DNA of 64,000 bases. Origin: Cycas panzhihuaensis (taxonomy: Eukaryota; Plantae; Cycadophyta). Below the pieces are notes generated by a model. The model searched no databases. It was given only the letters and a program-made list of their open reading frames with translations, and had not been told where the DNA came from. Shown in pieces: positions 1-13,450 of the stretch (positions are counted from its first letter, which is position 1; every line of letters begins with the position of its first letter). The stretch covers positions 47,995,741-48,059,740 of the forward strand of contig CM041465.1 of assembly GCA_023213395.1 (NCBI GenBank), written 5' to 3'. The translations under genes were made by a program, and so were the position numbers.

Positions 1-3000
1 CTGATATTGAAATTGTTACTGGTGTCGGACCAGAGAGCCTTGGTTCATAATCTTGAAGAACTAGATGAAATTTGGACAAAATTGTGTGATGCTTTTAAGA
101 AGAAGAAGATGAATAAACGTCTTGCCCTGATGTTAGAGTTACTCAATTCGTGTGTGTAAGATGAGAACAACATCAATTCGTATCTGAACAAGGTTACAAA
201 CTTGAAGAATAAGCTAGAAGAACTGAAGTAGAATATGATCGATGATGCATTGTTGTTTATGATAATTATGTCGAAGTTGCTTACTACCTTTGCCACTTTT
301 TAGACCATATATGGTAGAGATGAAGTGATAGAGGCAGAAAATTTTGATGGTATTAATAACCTTATTTTAGCGAAAGATGCCAAGCTAAAATATCATGGAA
401 TACTTGGAGGTTCTCAATCTAGTAAGGCCTTAGCTATAAAGACTCAGAGGAAAGAGGCTACTCACAAGGAGAAGTTCACACAAAGGTCTGGAGAAAGTTT
501 ATGAGAAAAGAAAAAATTCAATGGGAAATACAATTACTGTAAACATGATGGTCACCGAGAAAATAACTATTGGTTCAAAAGACGTAACAAGTGCAAAGCA
601 AGTTAGGATGGCAAAGAAAAAAGCATTGTTGCTCATTGCGTTAGGGAGAAAACCTTATTAGTCGATTCAGATTAAAGAGATTATTGAATTCTTGACTTTG
701 GAACGCAGAAGCATATCTCTTACCAGAAGCACAACTTTGATATGGTGAGAGAAAATCATAGTGGTGCCGAAGTTATCCTTGGAGATGCTCACTTATTGTC
801 GATGGAAGATATTATGTATCCATTGTAAATGGTAAGTTTACTGAAGTATATTATGTACCTAAGATGCAATTAAATCTTCTTTCAACATGAGAGATTTAGA
901 TCTGTACTGTGATAGATGCTTGATTAAGGATCTGAAGCAAAATTTCTCTGTCGTTGCTATTGGGAAAGTTAGAGACAACTTTTGGGTGTGTGAGAAATTT
1001 CAATCTTAGAAGAAGTCTTATGCCTTTGTTGCCAGTGCTGATGATGTGAGTAAACTTTGGCATAATCGCCTAGGACACCTTATCTATAGGAGCATCACAC
1101 TGTTGAAGATGGTTGAAGGATTACCATCATTTTACTGCTCAGATGGTGTTTGTGAAGGGTGTATACATGACAAGCATCATTGCTATCGTTTTGCTCAAGA
1201 TAATGCTTACAGAGCCAAAGAGAAGCTGGAGCTTGTGAATTCTAATATAATGGGACCACTCCCAAATCCTTCGATATCAAGAGTTCGTTACACCTTTGTG
1301 TTAGTAGATGATTATACTAGGAAGGCTTGGGTATACTTTTTCAAGAACAAGTCAGATGCATTTCATCGCTTCCGTAACTGAGAAGTGATGGTGGAAAATG
1401 AAAGTGATAAGAAAATTAAGTTATTAAGAAGTGATAATGGCAAGGAATACAATAATCATGCGCTTAATCAGTTCTGTTGTGATCATAGTATTAAATGGGA
1501 ATTTACGGTCTCGTATACCCCACAACAGAATGGAGTTGTTGAAAGAAAAAATCGTACCATGATGGAGATGATGAGGTGTATGGTGTACACTAAAAACTTG
1601 TCACTGATGTTTTGGGCAGAAGCTGTGGTGACTGCTGTATATATTTTGAATCAAGTATCCACTTAGTCAGTTCGTAGCATAACCCCTAAAGAAAAATAGA
1701 CTGGTTGGAAGCCTACCATTAGCCATTTGAGAACTTTTTGGTGTATTGTATACGCCTACATCTCAGATGATATTCATAATAAGTTAGATTAGAAGAGTCT
1801 AAAGTGTATATTCATGGGGTATTATGACCAGAATATACACTTTAGACTCTTCTAATCTAACTTATTATGAATATCCATATGGGAAGAATATTGTAGTTAC
1901 TCAAGATGTAAAATTCGACAAGTCATCAACATATCATGCTAATAGATCATCACAAAAGTCTTTTTTATCCCTCGCTACTCCCATTCCCAGATTCATGAGG
2001 CATCGAGGATGATGAACCAGTCGCCATAATACATGTGGAAGCAGGACCAAGTGGGATGAGTAATAGTGAGGAGCTGCCACAAGAAGAAACACCCCCAACA
2101 ACGATCCTTTTATACCATTATGGGCAAGGAAGATTATTGAAGATTCCAGTGTGGTGATGCATACCTTTACTGATGATATATGAATAAGAAGTTAACGTGC
2201 CAACCAAACTCTGCTAGTAGACACCAACAACTTTAGTGATCCTAATTTGTTTGATAAGGCAAAAAGAGATCTACGATGGAGAGATGCGATGGAGGAGATG
2301 TATGGTTCATCGATGAAGAACGATACATGGGATTTGGTTCTGCTCTCTCTAACAAAGAACCTTATTGGATGCAAGTGGGTCTATAAGATGAAGTTTTGCT
2401 CTAATGGAGAGGTGGACAAGTATAAGCCCAGACTTGTTGCTCAAAAAGAAGGAATTGACTATGAGGAGACGTTTGCACCTATCTTCAGAATGATGACAAT
2501 TTGATTGATCATTTCCTTAGCAACTACTTGTGATTGGGAGTTAGATTAGATAGACGTCAATTCTGCATTTTTTAATGGAGATCTAAAGGAGGAGATATAT
2601 ATGTTGCAGCATTTGGGATTCATTAAGGAAGGCTAGAAGCATCTTGTGTGCCAGTTAAGGAAATCAATCTATGGCCTGAAACAAGCACCCCATGTTTGGT
2701 ATGAGAAGATGAATGCCAAGTTAAAAGTTTCAAAAATTTTGAACTCAACCTGACTTTGTATGTGAAAATGAGAGAGACTTTAATAGTTACTTGTGTGGTC
2801 TATGTGGATGATTTAATCATTGAAGGTAACTACGGTAAGACTATAGCAAAAGTATTCTTTTGACATGATAGACCTCGGGAGGCTTCACTATTTCTTGGGT
2901 ATTTAGATCAGGCAGATGGATGATTAGATTGTGTTGTTACAGTTGTAGTATGTGAAGAACTTATTGGAGAAGATTGGGATGTAGAATTGTAAACTTGTTG

Positions 3001-3720
3001 CAACACCATGTGTTAAGAGCATAAGATTGTAGAAGGATATAACTAAACCCTCTGTAGATGGAATAAAGTATCACTAATTAGTAGGGAGTTTAATTTACTT
3101 GACTTATACCAAACTAGGTATCACCTATGCTACTAAATTAGTTTCTCGCTAAATGCAGAATCCTCAAGAATCTCATTAAGTTGCAGCGAAGTGGATTCTG
3201 AAGTACTTGAAGGGGATAATCAGTCTTGGTATCGAATATCGTTGAGGTGAGGAGACAAGGTTGTATGGTTACATAAATGCTAATTAGGGAGGAGACTCTA
3301 ATGATCATAAGTCTGCTACTGGATACTTGTTTGATGTTGGTAATTGATTTGTTTCATGGCAGTTGAATAAGCAATAAATAATGGCACTATTTTCTACCGG
3401 GGTTGAATATCAAGAACTTAGTGCTGATACGAAGGAAGCTATAGGGTTGCAAGGTCTCGTGGAGTTTCTTAGAGTTTTCAATAGACATTCGATTATCTTC
3501 GTTGATAATCAGAGTATCATTCATTTGTCAAATAATTCCGAGTTTTATGCATGTACAAGGCATATTAAGATTCAATACCATTACATCTATGAATATATCA
3601 AGTTAGGAAACTGCAGGTTGACTACTGTCTGAGTAAATTCTAACTTACAAACATGTTTACCAATCCACTTACTGAAGATCAATTCACAAAGATGCATACT
3701 AGATTAAGACTCACCAATGT
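1..3720 (+). pseudogene. copia gag-pol polyprotein, disrupted by many stops and frameshifts
   Basis: ORF fragments 1046-1381, 1385-1666, 2247-2504 and 3381-3632 carry canonical copia INT, RT and RNase H motifs. Confidence 0.92.
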
Positions 3721-3835
3721 TATCCTTGAGGGAGGATGTATCAACAAGGATAAAGAAGCTATAGCATAGTCATAGCCTTCGTAATAACATAACTGTTGCA
3801 GGTTGCAAGCTTCCCACATTTACATTAAGGGGGGA

Positions 3836-4161
3836 TATTAACATGACAATTGTTTGTTAAGCCACTAAGTTAATGTTTATGTGGTTTAATTAATGGTGAT
3901 TAGTGAAAATATGCAAAGAATTTAGAGGGTCATAACCCTTGTCGGGTGACACCTCTTACAAGAATATAAAATCCTTGACCCCTTGTGTATTCAATATATC
4001 AAATCATTATGAAATAATCAATATGATCTAGAAAGATCTTTTGTGGTGAGTTTTTTTTTTTAAGGGTTTTTCACGTAAATCTTATGTATTATGCATTTGT
4101 ATTCTGTATATATCTTTTATTTGCTTGCTATGTATAGTTAAAGATTCTGCAGATGGGAACA
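3836..4161 (+). repeat. 3' LTR of the copia element at 1-4161
   Basis: Follows PPT AAGGGGGGA (3827-3835). Starts TATTA (decayed TGTTA), TATA-like TATAAAA ~3965, ends GGGAACA. The interrupted minus-strand integrase frame (DPCIYGKKHRKIF) resumes at 4162. An alternative start at 3737 is possible. Confidence 0.7.
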
Positions 4162-5726
4162 TACATATATGATTTTACGTTTTTGAATATTTTCCTATGT
4201 TTCTTCCCATAGATACATGGATCATAAATACCATTTTTTCCTTTAAACTTGGGGAGACCATGTACTATGTTCAACTTATTCATTAACTGAAGGCCATAGA
4301 TATGTAGATGCCCTAATCTTTCATCTCAAAACTGAATCTCACTTGATATATTTGTAGTCAAATATGCTTTTTGGTTTATATACTTATCTAAGAGCCTATA
4401 AAGATGATTTTCTTTTACACCTTTTATGATTGTTTTCTCGTAACAATCACTAGTAATAGGCTTCCTGTCTTTAAAGAGAACACTCATTCTATTGTCCTCT
4501 ATTTAATTAATAGAAATTAGATTTTTCTTTAGTCTAAGCATGTAAACACATCCTCTATATAATAATCTTCAGTCTTGAGTTTATAATAGGGACCTCCTCT
4601 ATACCTTTGACAATTAAAATTTTATTTTCTTCTAGAGATACAACATGTCTTGTTACTTCTCATGTGTCTAAACTAGTCAATGCTACTTATCATATGTCTA
4701 GAAGCACTTGAATCTATATACCAAACATCATTGTACCCTTTTTAATACACTGCCTTGTTTTGTTGATCAATTCCAATTTGCTAACTAGCCTACAACAATT
4801 GATAATGTTTTTTGATATGACATGGCTTTTTGTAGTAATGGTAGGTCCTTTGAGGCAATTCATTTCAGTGGGGAAACAAGCATATTTCACTCATTTTAAT
4901 GTTCAAAAAATAAAAAAACATGCAATAAAATGTAGCATGGTAGGTGTTAAATAGCTCTGTGACAACATGTACTTATTTTACTTGATCTCTATGCAAAGTG
5001 CCAACAAAACATTAAAGTCATCAGATATGACATAGGGAGCAAAAAAAGTGATGATACAATCTTGCTCAATGAAATGAGTAAGAAAAGTTACAATATAGAT
5101 GTGGTCTTTATTTTTACAATAAGCTCTTTAATGTGCTAAAAAATGATATAACACCTTTTCGCTCAGTGTGACTAGGGGCTAACTAAAGGAGGTGGATACT
5201 CATTTCAAAATCAACTTAAAAGCATTTTAATGTATTAATATCACAAAAAAAAGAAATCTATACCCTAAGTTATCGACATAAATTCTATTAATATTTATGT
5301 AATGATTTTATGCTCATTTTTATCGAATCAATTTAAATTCATCTATGTCATCCTTAGAGCAATATTTGGGTGCTATTTTTCATTGATACAAGCTTTATTC
5401 TGGTGAGGGTTGGGTTTATTATCTCATTCTGGCATTTTAATTTTCCATGTGTCATTTGTCACTAGGCTAGACAATGGCTTATAATGTTTGTAATGGCATT
5501 GGTCATTCAAATAATGTTTAATCTATGTTTGCATTGGGGTATCTCTAAATGGTGTAGGGCATCTTTGGTGAGCCTACACCACATGTTAGAGAGGGCTATG
5601 ACCATCCAATCCTATTAATCCTCATATGATGGAGGTTCATATCCCTCTCTAACATGTGGTGCATGTGGTTACATGCATTTATATATCAGGATGCTTCAAG
5701 GGCGAAGAATATAAGGGGAGAGGAAA

Positions 5727-5991
5727 TGTAGTGAGCCTACACCACATGTTAGAGAAGGCTATGACCCTCCATCATATGAGAATTAATATGATTGGTTGAC
5801 ATAAAGGTAGGAATATAATAATATGGGGGTGAGTGTTATATATACCCCACTCTATTGTAAAGAGAAGAATATGATACAATGATATGTTAATGGATGTTCT
5901 TCAGAACCTTACCTTCTTCTTTCATCTTCTTTCTTCTATTTCTCTTTATATTTCTTTATATTGATTTGGTTATAGGATTAAGCATGTAACA
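5727..5991 (+). repeat. LTR (265 bp)
   Basis: TGT...ACA termini, near-identical to 7577-7841, followed by a PBS. Confidence 0.95.
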
Positions 5992-7576
5992 AGTGGTATC
6001 AGAGCTGCGTTATGATCGTGGAAAGCTGCCAGAAAGATCAAAGTCATTTTCTAATTCATATAGGAGCTAGGGATTCATTTTTGGCCAAATTTTTTTTTTC
6101 AAGGTTTTTGGCATATGGAAGTTCTACTCGTTGGGAGCAAAAATGAAATATTCTTAAAGAAACATCAAAGAATTTGGGACGAAAGGTCCCATTCCATAAT
6201 TTTTAAATGGTCATAGTACTATTTTTGAAGAAAAGTTGTAGAAATTATAGCCAATTTTATTTCAATCTCCTTTCTATTGATGTATTTTTAGGACAAATCT
6301 GCAACTTCAACTTCAAAGAGCCATAACTTTGGCTATAGGTGTTCAAATGACCTCAATTTGTTTTTGATTCTATGCGTTTTTAAATTTTTTTTTTCAATGG
6401 AAGTGGTTTGAGGTCAATTAGAGGTCAGAGCAGAGAGTTATTGGCATTTTATTAGAATGTACTATTACATTCCTTAGAAACCCTAGTAACAAATTTCTTA
6501 AATAGCTATAAATTTTGATCTAGACGTCAAAATTTGATTTCGTCTGAATCGTTGGAATTGTATTTTAGTGGCCGTGATTTTTAGCTATCTTTTATGTACT
6601 TTTGGGCCATATTTTTTTTCAGAATTAAAATTTTAAAGTTGAAATTTCTATATTATATATTTAGTTGTTCAGACTTTGGTTACAAAACCATTGCTCTTGA
6701 GGCCTAATATCTCTTTTATATTAAAATTGGATGATAAATGGCTATAGACACCCCATAATCTGTCCTATACCCACATCAACATGGCTACAGAAAGACCCAT
6801 ACCTCGCACATTTAATGCAGATGGGACTCTTTCTATAAAAGACTGACTCAATTATATGTCTACATATTTAAAATCACTTGATGCTAACCTAGGGAAAACT
6901 TTGACAACTAAAGTAGCCTCATTGTATCTAGAAGGAGAAGTTTATCTTTGGTTTAAGCAGTGGCATAACACATCTGGTCAACGTACTTCATATTTATGGT
7001 TAGAGTTTTTTATTGGCTTAAAATATAATGCTTCTTGGTGGAATTAGAGGCAAAGCCTTAAGCAAGACAAACAAAAAGCTTGTCAAATACTTGAGAAATA
7101 TAATCATAAGGTGGAACAAGGAATTCTCCCCACACCTCAAAGTTAAGAATAAAATAAAGATGAAGAAGGAGACATTGAACATGAAGAGCAAGTAGCAGAA
7201 GCTGATTGCCATCCCAAACCACCAATTATAGCTAAGGCAAAGGAAGACCATCACTCATCAAAAGTTAGAGCACATGCAAAACTGGGACCTTATTGACACC
7301 CATATTATCAGGAGACACAACATCGACACCCATATTATACAAAGCCCTTACAAACTAAGTACCATAAGAATACATATCATTCAAGCTTGAGGTTCCAAGG
7401 TTATAGAGATTCTGAATACATAAAGATCTACTTAGGATGAATAGATCCCTATTCTATGCGCAAATTTTCGGACAACCTTCGATGGACCTATCAGTTGGTC
7501 ACCAATAACAGGAGGTGGTCATGTGCATTTATGTATCATGATGCTTCGAGGGTGAAGCATCTGAGGGGAGAGGGAA

Positions 7577-7841
7577 TGTTGTGAGCCTACACCACATGTT
7601 AGAGAGGGCTATGATCCTCCATCATATGAGGATTAATAGGATTGGTTGACATAAAGGTAGGAATATAATAATATGGGGGTGAGTGTTATATATACCTCAC
7701 TCTATTGTAAAGAGGAGAATATGATACAATGATATGTTAATGGATGTTCTTCGGAACCCTACCTTCTTCTTTCATCTTATTTCTTCTATTTCTCTTTATA
7801 CTTCTTTATATTGATTTGGTTACAAGATTAAGCATGTAACA
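7577..7841 (+). repeat. 3' LTR (265 bp)
   Basis: TGT...ACA termini, preceded by a PPT, near-identical to 5727-5991. Confidence 0.95.
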
Positions 7842-8683
7842 ACATCATCAATATTGCAATGCCCTACAAGTTAGATTGTGGCATATTTCATTTGTTTAAG
7901 TAGCTTCAAATCTCTATATGGGGTGCCATGAAGATAGATCCAAAGCAAGGAGTCATTGCAAGCATGAGAATGAAATTATGCCTTAGAGATTCCCATGTTA
8001 AATCCCATATTTTAAACAACTCCATATGATTGGCAAACTAAGACTCATATATTCTTACATCAAAAACATATAAAACCATAGAACTGGACACCTTATAGGG
8101 TGCCCTTATCTTCAAGTCTTCACACCACTAATTATAGGCATGGGTGGTATAAAAGGGCTAAAGGCTTCTAGGTTATTACACATACACACAAACTCGAGGC
8201 TATAAGCTAAGTTAAAAGGGAACTTTACCCACATTACTTGATATGATGAAAACCATAACCATGAACTATGTAACAGTAAAATATTTCAAGTCCTTGAACT
8301 TATTATTTTACAAGAATGGCAACCATCTTACTTTTATTTGGAAGCCTCTTCTAAGCTACTACTAGATGCAAATCTACTTAGCCCAATTTCCCAAATTAGG
8401 TGACCTTGCTAATTGTATCTAACACCTCATAAATCGTCTACAAATTGGATTTTAGAGGCCTTTCCAAACGATTGCACCTACAATTAAATAACCATCTAGC
8501 ATATCAAAGTGATAAGCAAATATCCATAAAGCAAACTAATTCCATTTAACTTTACATAATTTAAACTAGTGAAAACATTTACAAAACATGTATAATTTCA
8601 CTCATAATTGCATGCTTGATTCCATATATTACTGGTTGAAGAATTAATAAAAAAATTCATGATAAACTCGCTCAGATACCAAA

Positions 8684-8976
8684 TGTGATTTTAAGGATTA
8701 AAAGGAACCAAAGATCAATAGGACATAAGACAAATTTTGGGTAGAATTAGTTTGCCATTGGGACTATTTTCATTTACTAAGAATGAGTCTCCATTCTTTG
8801 TATAATACATAGTCCTCTATTCTAATATACACATGAAATTAGAAATAGTCCAAAATAGGACTCGTAGCTGCCCTGACATGTGATACCATTGAGGACTTTC
8901 ATAACTCTAATGACACTTGTCATCAACCTTGATGAGTCACCACTAATTTGTCTTTATATGAACATTAACTCTAATA
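8684..8976 (-). repeat. 5' LTR of the copia copy at 4162-8976
   Basis: TGTG...AATA termini, shares GTCATCAACCTTGATGA...ATATGAACATTAA with LTRs at 23270-23327 and 26910-26970, and has an adjacent tRNA-iMet PBS. Confidence 0.8.
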
Positions 8977-10625
8977 ACATTCTCATTGAAATACATTAAT
9001 TTTTAGCCACTAGATCACTTGCAACAATGTAATGGTTAACTTTAGTTGCTCTGACAAATTTTTTAAGGAAATGTTGAAGAAATTAGTTGCATTAGTTTGT
9101 GTGGTCTTGATTGCTTGCGGCTTCCCTACTACAGTGGCCTCCCTTCATTTTGGGGATGCTCTCATTTTATACACTTGCTTCACCTCTACTTGGATAAAAA
9201 AGGGCAATTCTTTTCTACTTTGTTGGTTGCTTCCTGTAGTGCCTTCTTTACTTTGGCAAAGTGGTTATTTTTTCATCGTCAGTTTTGAATAATCGGATTC
9301 ATCCTTTGTAGCATTTGTTGTCAATAGATTTAAGGCTTGGGTATGTCAGGCACACATTACATAAGGTTGCTTGATCTCACATGTAGTAGGTAATTTATCA
9401 AAGGGTGAGTACATGGTTCACAAATTTTGCATTCATAGATGTTATTGTCTTTAGGTTTTTCATAGGGACAATCTAGGCTCTAGTGCCTCAACTCCAAAAT
9501 AAAACAAACAATTGTTCACTGGGCCTTTCTTTGATCTTTCCATTCTTTCTATTGTCATTTTAGTATTGTATATTGGTTGGGAATCTCCTTCTCTCCCTAC
9601 CTCTACCTCGCACATCTCTTCCTCTAGGCTTACTCTAATAAATCTTTTGTCATATGCATGTATGTGACATAATTAGTGCTCACTTTTTTCATTTTTCAGA
9701 ATATGAAAGTATTCTTTTATGGTGTGTATATTTGTGTCACAAGTGTGACACCATTTTGATTCCTTTATAATCTTATTCTTGGGGTTTATACATCACTCCT
9801 TTGTGCTATACATCTTCCTCTCAAAGATCTAGTGCCATTTTGGTTCTATACTTATGCCAATTCTCTCGTTGCTACTTGGTTTATCCTCCATGTTTTCCCA
9901 TGAACTGATTTAGTTAGATTTTCAGCATCTTAGAGAGATCATTGATCTCATCTATTAACTTATTTACCTTTTCTTCAAGAGCTCTTGTTTGGGCTCCCAT
10001 TTCCCTGGGAATAGTACTTTTCCCTGATCTTAGTTCTATCCCTTGGGGGAGGTGGTGAGGGGAAATTGGGTTCCTAATTTTGCCTTAGTTTTTTCGATTT
10101 CTCACTTTGAAACAAAGCTCTGATACCACTTGTAGAGACCAAACTTCCTCTATCATTAATATTATTCCAAATCTCTACGAATAGTTTACTGATAATTGCT
10201 GATGATAACAAAAAGTACAATATTGAAGTGTTAACAATAGTTGATACACCAATTATGATGACGAGAAATGCAATCTACATGGCTAATTGATACAAATCTT
10301 AATACACCCAATTCACCTAATACAGTATCTGAGATGACTAACCCTCTTCGAGGTGAGGTTTCCTCCAGAAATGTAGCCCAATGGATGAGCTAACTGCAAC
10401 TCTAAAGTTGGGTTAATGCCAAGAAGCACAAGTCTTGAATGATGGTTTAGAATGGGGACTTCAACCCCTATATATAGAGGTACTTAGCCTACTAAAGGAA
10501 GTTGGCTAGAATTGGGATAATTCTCTAGAATGAATCTTGAATAAGATCGGCCAGAATAGAGGTAAGAAGTTGGCCAAAAGACAAGTTATAAGTAGTCAAG
10601 ATGGACAGCATTAAGGATTTTAACA
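8977..10625 (-). mobile_element. 5' part of an LTR retrotransposon (probably Ty3/gypsy): LTR, PBS, decayed gag
   Basis: Minus-strand PBS TGGTATCAGAGC at 10117-10128 adjoins an LTR-like block 10131-10625 (TGT...ACA, TATA box ~10470). Decayed knuckle-like VCF...H..DCP at ~9460-9510. Confidence 0.7.
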
Positions 10626-12299
10626 TCTTTCCTCTTGACGATTTTCCTCTCTTATGCACCTACCTTCTCTTTTCTTTTCCCAATGTATTACTTTTCTTAT
10701 AGCTTGATTTTGACACTCCACTACCTGGAGGTTTCTTAGATGCTATTAGAAGGTGCTCTAGTTTTTATTCTTTAGTTAACAACTATTATCGTGACAATAT
10801 CCAAAATCTTTTGGTTTATTAATATGCATACTTGCCTATGTTTGAGTCCTTAGATTATTTTCTACTTGAAGGATTTAACAATGACAGTAGTGTTGATTGC
10901 TACTAGGCTTACAAACATCCTAAAATTGCCTAATATCATAGCTATCTCATGCCCTTCTACTTGATAACATAGTTCTTTCATGTCTCATGTCCTTGTCACT
11001 TCTTGATGTTAGTTGCACTTAGATTATTTTAACATATATAACACCTTTGCAACATTCATCACATATGTAACATATTCAATCACAACATAACCAACCAATT
11101 ATCAATCACATAGAACACTTAAGATTTTCCTCCTAACTTATATAATTTATTTATCAACACTGGATACAATCACTCTATATCATATCACTTGCTTTTTCTC
11201 AGCTCTCAACTTGAGAGTATATCTCATGGCTTAATTGTTCAACTCTCACCCTTGAGAACATGCCATCTAATTTATTAACTTGGCTCTCATCATTAAACCA
11301 ATGGGAGAAGTGGCCTATTTATACCCTTTTACATAGCCAAAAGCTCGAAAGGGTATGATTTTACAACATATCCTTTGACTTTTCATAACATAAAATTCTA
11401 CTTAATAATAAGTGCTTTTTCTGTATGTTTGTATTATTTGTCTTTAGAACATTCAGCATAGAATGGTCCCCTATGAAGCGTTTGTTGTTTTATAACCATT
11501 TCATTCCCTAAACAGAACTATCTCTTGAAAGCTCATTTTACAACCTACAACTATCTCAAGCATTCTATGAACTTCTTAAAGTTATTTTACAAGTGTCCTT
11601 AACTAGATTTGCACTAGATCACACATCAAAATTGTTCTTACAAATGTCCTTGATTGTTCCCAAGTGTCTTGGAACCAATTCCTCTGCATACACTTTGCAT
11701 TTTGAAAATGGTTAATTATGGTCAAGATGAAGCATTATAGATCATGACATGTCAATGTAGGTATTATTAACAAATAAATGAAAGTGATAGGTAATCGTAA
11801 TGAGATGTAGCATTCTAGCTAGAATGATGAGTAGATAATGATGTGCAATTGCTACAGCATATGGTTGAGTATATTTATAATTAACTATTGGGATTAATGT
11901 ATAATTTAGTTAGTTGCATTAAGTTAGAATGATTGTGTTAAGCCAGTCATTAGGATTAATGGGCAAATATGTAAACCTAGGAGTGTACCATGCCATGTGG
12001 TGTGACCCTTTTGAATGTCCATTGAGGGTATTCTAATAAGAATGAGGGACTTTACCCCTTATTTTTTTATATATAAGAAGCAATCTAATATAATGGTTGG
12101 ATGAGGACTAGTATAGATGTTATCAATGTGTAAGATTCAAAATTTTAACAAGTTTGCATAAAATAATCTATCAATCAATTTTGTTTTTTATTTTAAGAGT
12201 GTTATGAAATATATATTTTAATTATGATAATTGGGAGAGTATTAGGTGAGTCTTAGTTAAAAGTTACAAAAAGAAGGATGGTGCAACCAAAGTGTATGA

Positions 12300-13450
12300 A
12301 TATGATTTAGATAGAGGTTAAATCACTTATAACCAAATTCTTAGAAATGTTAAGAAAGTCTGTTATGTTTGAAAAAATAGGTACACTATATAGGGATTGA
12401 ACTTATAGATTTTCAACATTCTCACGTAATACAAGTATTGATGAAGTTTAATTGAAAATTTGAATTTTAAGTACTTCATTACTTCTCAACTAGTTGAATA
12501 TTATATTTTAAGGTACTAACTCTCTCAATTATTAGAAAATGAACAATTTCAATCAAAGGCAAATGTTTCTTAATAGTTTGTACAAAAATATTTTCAACTC
12601 TAAGATGTTCTTTTAGGAAGGGCAAAGCTTGAGAAAAGAAACATGTAGTTGAGGATATAATTAAGATGTCAATAAACATTGTAAATATCCAAGAATATTA
12701 TTCTATTGAAGTGGTAATAAGGATATTTTGAAGATGTGTGATTGAAATCTATTCAAGGGATCACTTGATGTTGTAATTAAAGTAGATAAAATAAGGACAA
12801 TGCTATGACATAAGGGGCAAGAGGAAAATGAAGAAGAAAAATGAAAACAAGTATTTAAAGTAAATTTGAATTGATTTAAAGACCATCAGAGGTAGAATCT
12901 AGATTTATAGTAACAATTTTATTTGTTAATGTGTTTAGGACAAAAAATGGAATTGATTAATATTTCTTAAGCGAAGAGAGTATTTGGTAAAGGAAGGCTA
13001 ATGGATAATAAGTGATTTAAGAATATAACAATATAGATAGTTGCAATTAGAAAAATAAAAGACATTGATGATTATATTTGTAAAAACTTCAAGCGATTTC
13101 ATTATGATGATTTTTTTATAAAAAATTTTAGAGGAATTTGGTGATCTAATAAATTGATCACATGGGCTAAGTGGATGTATTAATGATAATATTATTAAGT
13201 CAACTTGTGGAAAACAAATGGAACTAATATGAATGACATGGATATCATAGTCTATTTACTTTTCAAATAGAAATATAGTTTTGTTTAGCTTCACTTTGTT
13301 AATAAAATTTCCTAAATGTTTAGGGTATATTAAGAAATGCTTAATTGAAGGCCATAATTGAAGTTATGCTCAATGTGAAGGCGTTGTCAATTCTTATGAA
13401 TAAGAATACCTATTAACTATTAGTTCATACTATTCATGGTACTTTAACAA
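12300..13450 (+). pseudogene. possible highly decayed hAT-like transposase remnant
   Basis: Only weak motif echoes: LI*RPSEVESRF (~12870-12910, cf. hAT LIRP..TRF) and SYAQCE (~13362-13380, cf. hAT dimerisation SSA.CER). No TIRs identified. Confidence 0.2.

Larger units (their letters stand above)
1..4161 (+). mobile_element. Ty1/copia LTR retrotransposon, degenerate, 5' end outside the window
   Basis: Domain order: gag with zinc knuckle (~535-570), protease, GAG-pre-integrase (LWHNRLGH, 1046), integrase (VDDYTRKAW, LRSDNGKEY, TPQQNGVVERKNRT), RT (IGCKWVYK..DKYKPRLVA, YVDDL ~2800), RNase H (VDNQS, TRHIKIQYH), then PPT and 3' LTR. Confidence 0.95.
5564..7841 (+). mobile_element. Small non-autonomous Ty3/gypsy-derived (chromovirus-like) LTR element with a rearranged 5' end
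   Basis: Two 265-bp LTRs (5727-5991, 7577-7841), PBS TGGTATCAGAGC 5994-6005, PPT GAGGGGAGAGGGAA 7563-7576, gag-like remnant (LYLEGEVYLWFKQW, ORF 6856-7047), TSD GCATC (5559-5563) / ACATC (7842-7846). Confidence 0.88.
4162..8976 (-). mobile_element. Ty1/copia element (5' LTR, PBS, leader, gag knuckle, protease, GAG-pre-integrase), interrupted by two insertions; same family as 22962-26970
   Basis: 4250-5050 aligns by eye with 24470-25300. LTR 8684-8976 aligns with LTRs 22962-23327 and 26601-26970. Minus-strand PBS TGGTATCTGAGC at 8670-8681. Confidence 0.8.

Noticed and set aside
7842-8670. Initially read as a minus-strand gypsy integrase remnant
   Set aside because: The motifs were unconvincing. 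Its position between the PBS at 8670-8681 and the gag remnant identifies it as the copia 5' leader.
9032-9292. Hydrophobic + strand ORF resembling a membrane protein
   Set aside because: It is the antisense shadow of the purine-rich minus-strand gag region.
10640-12250. LTR-like fragments (TATA motifs at ~11315 minus and ~12070 plus)
   Set aside because: No partner LTR, PBS/PPT or TSD could be fixed, so boundaries cannot be supported.
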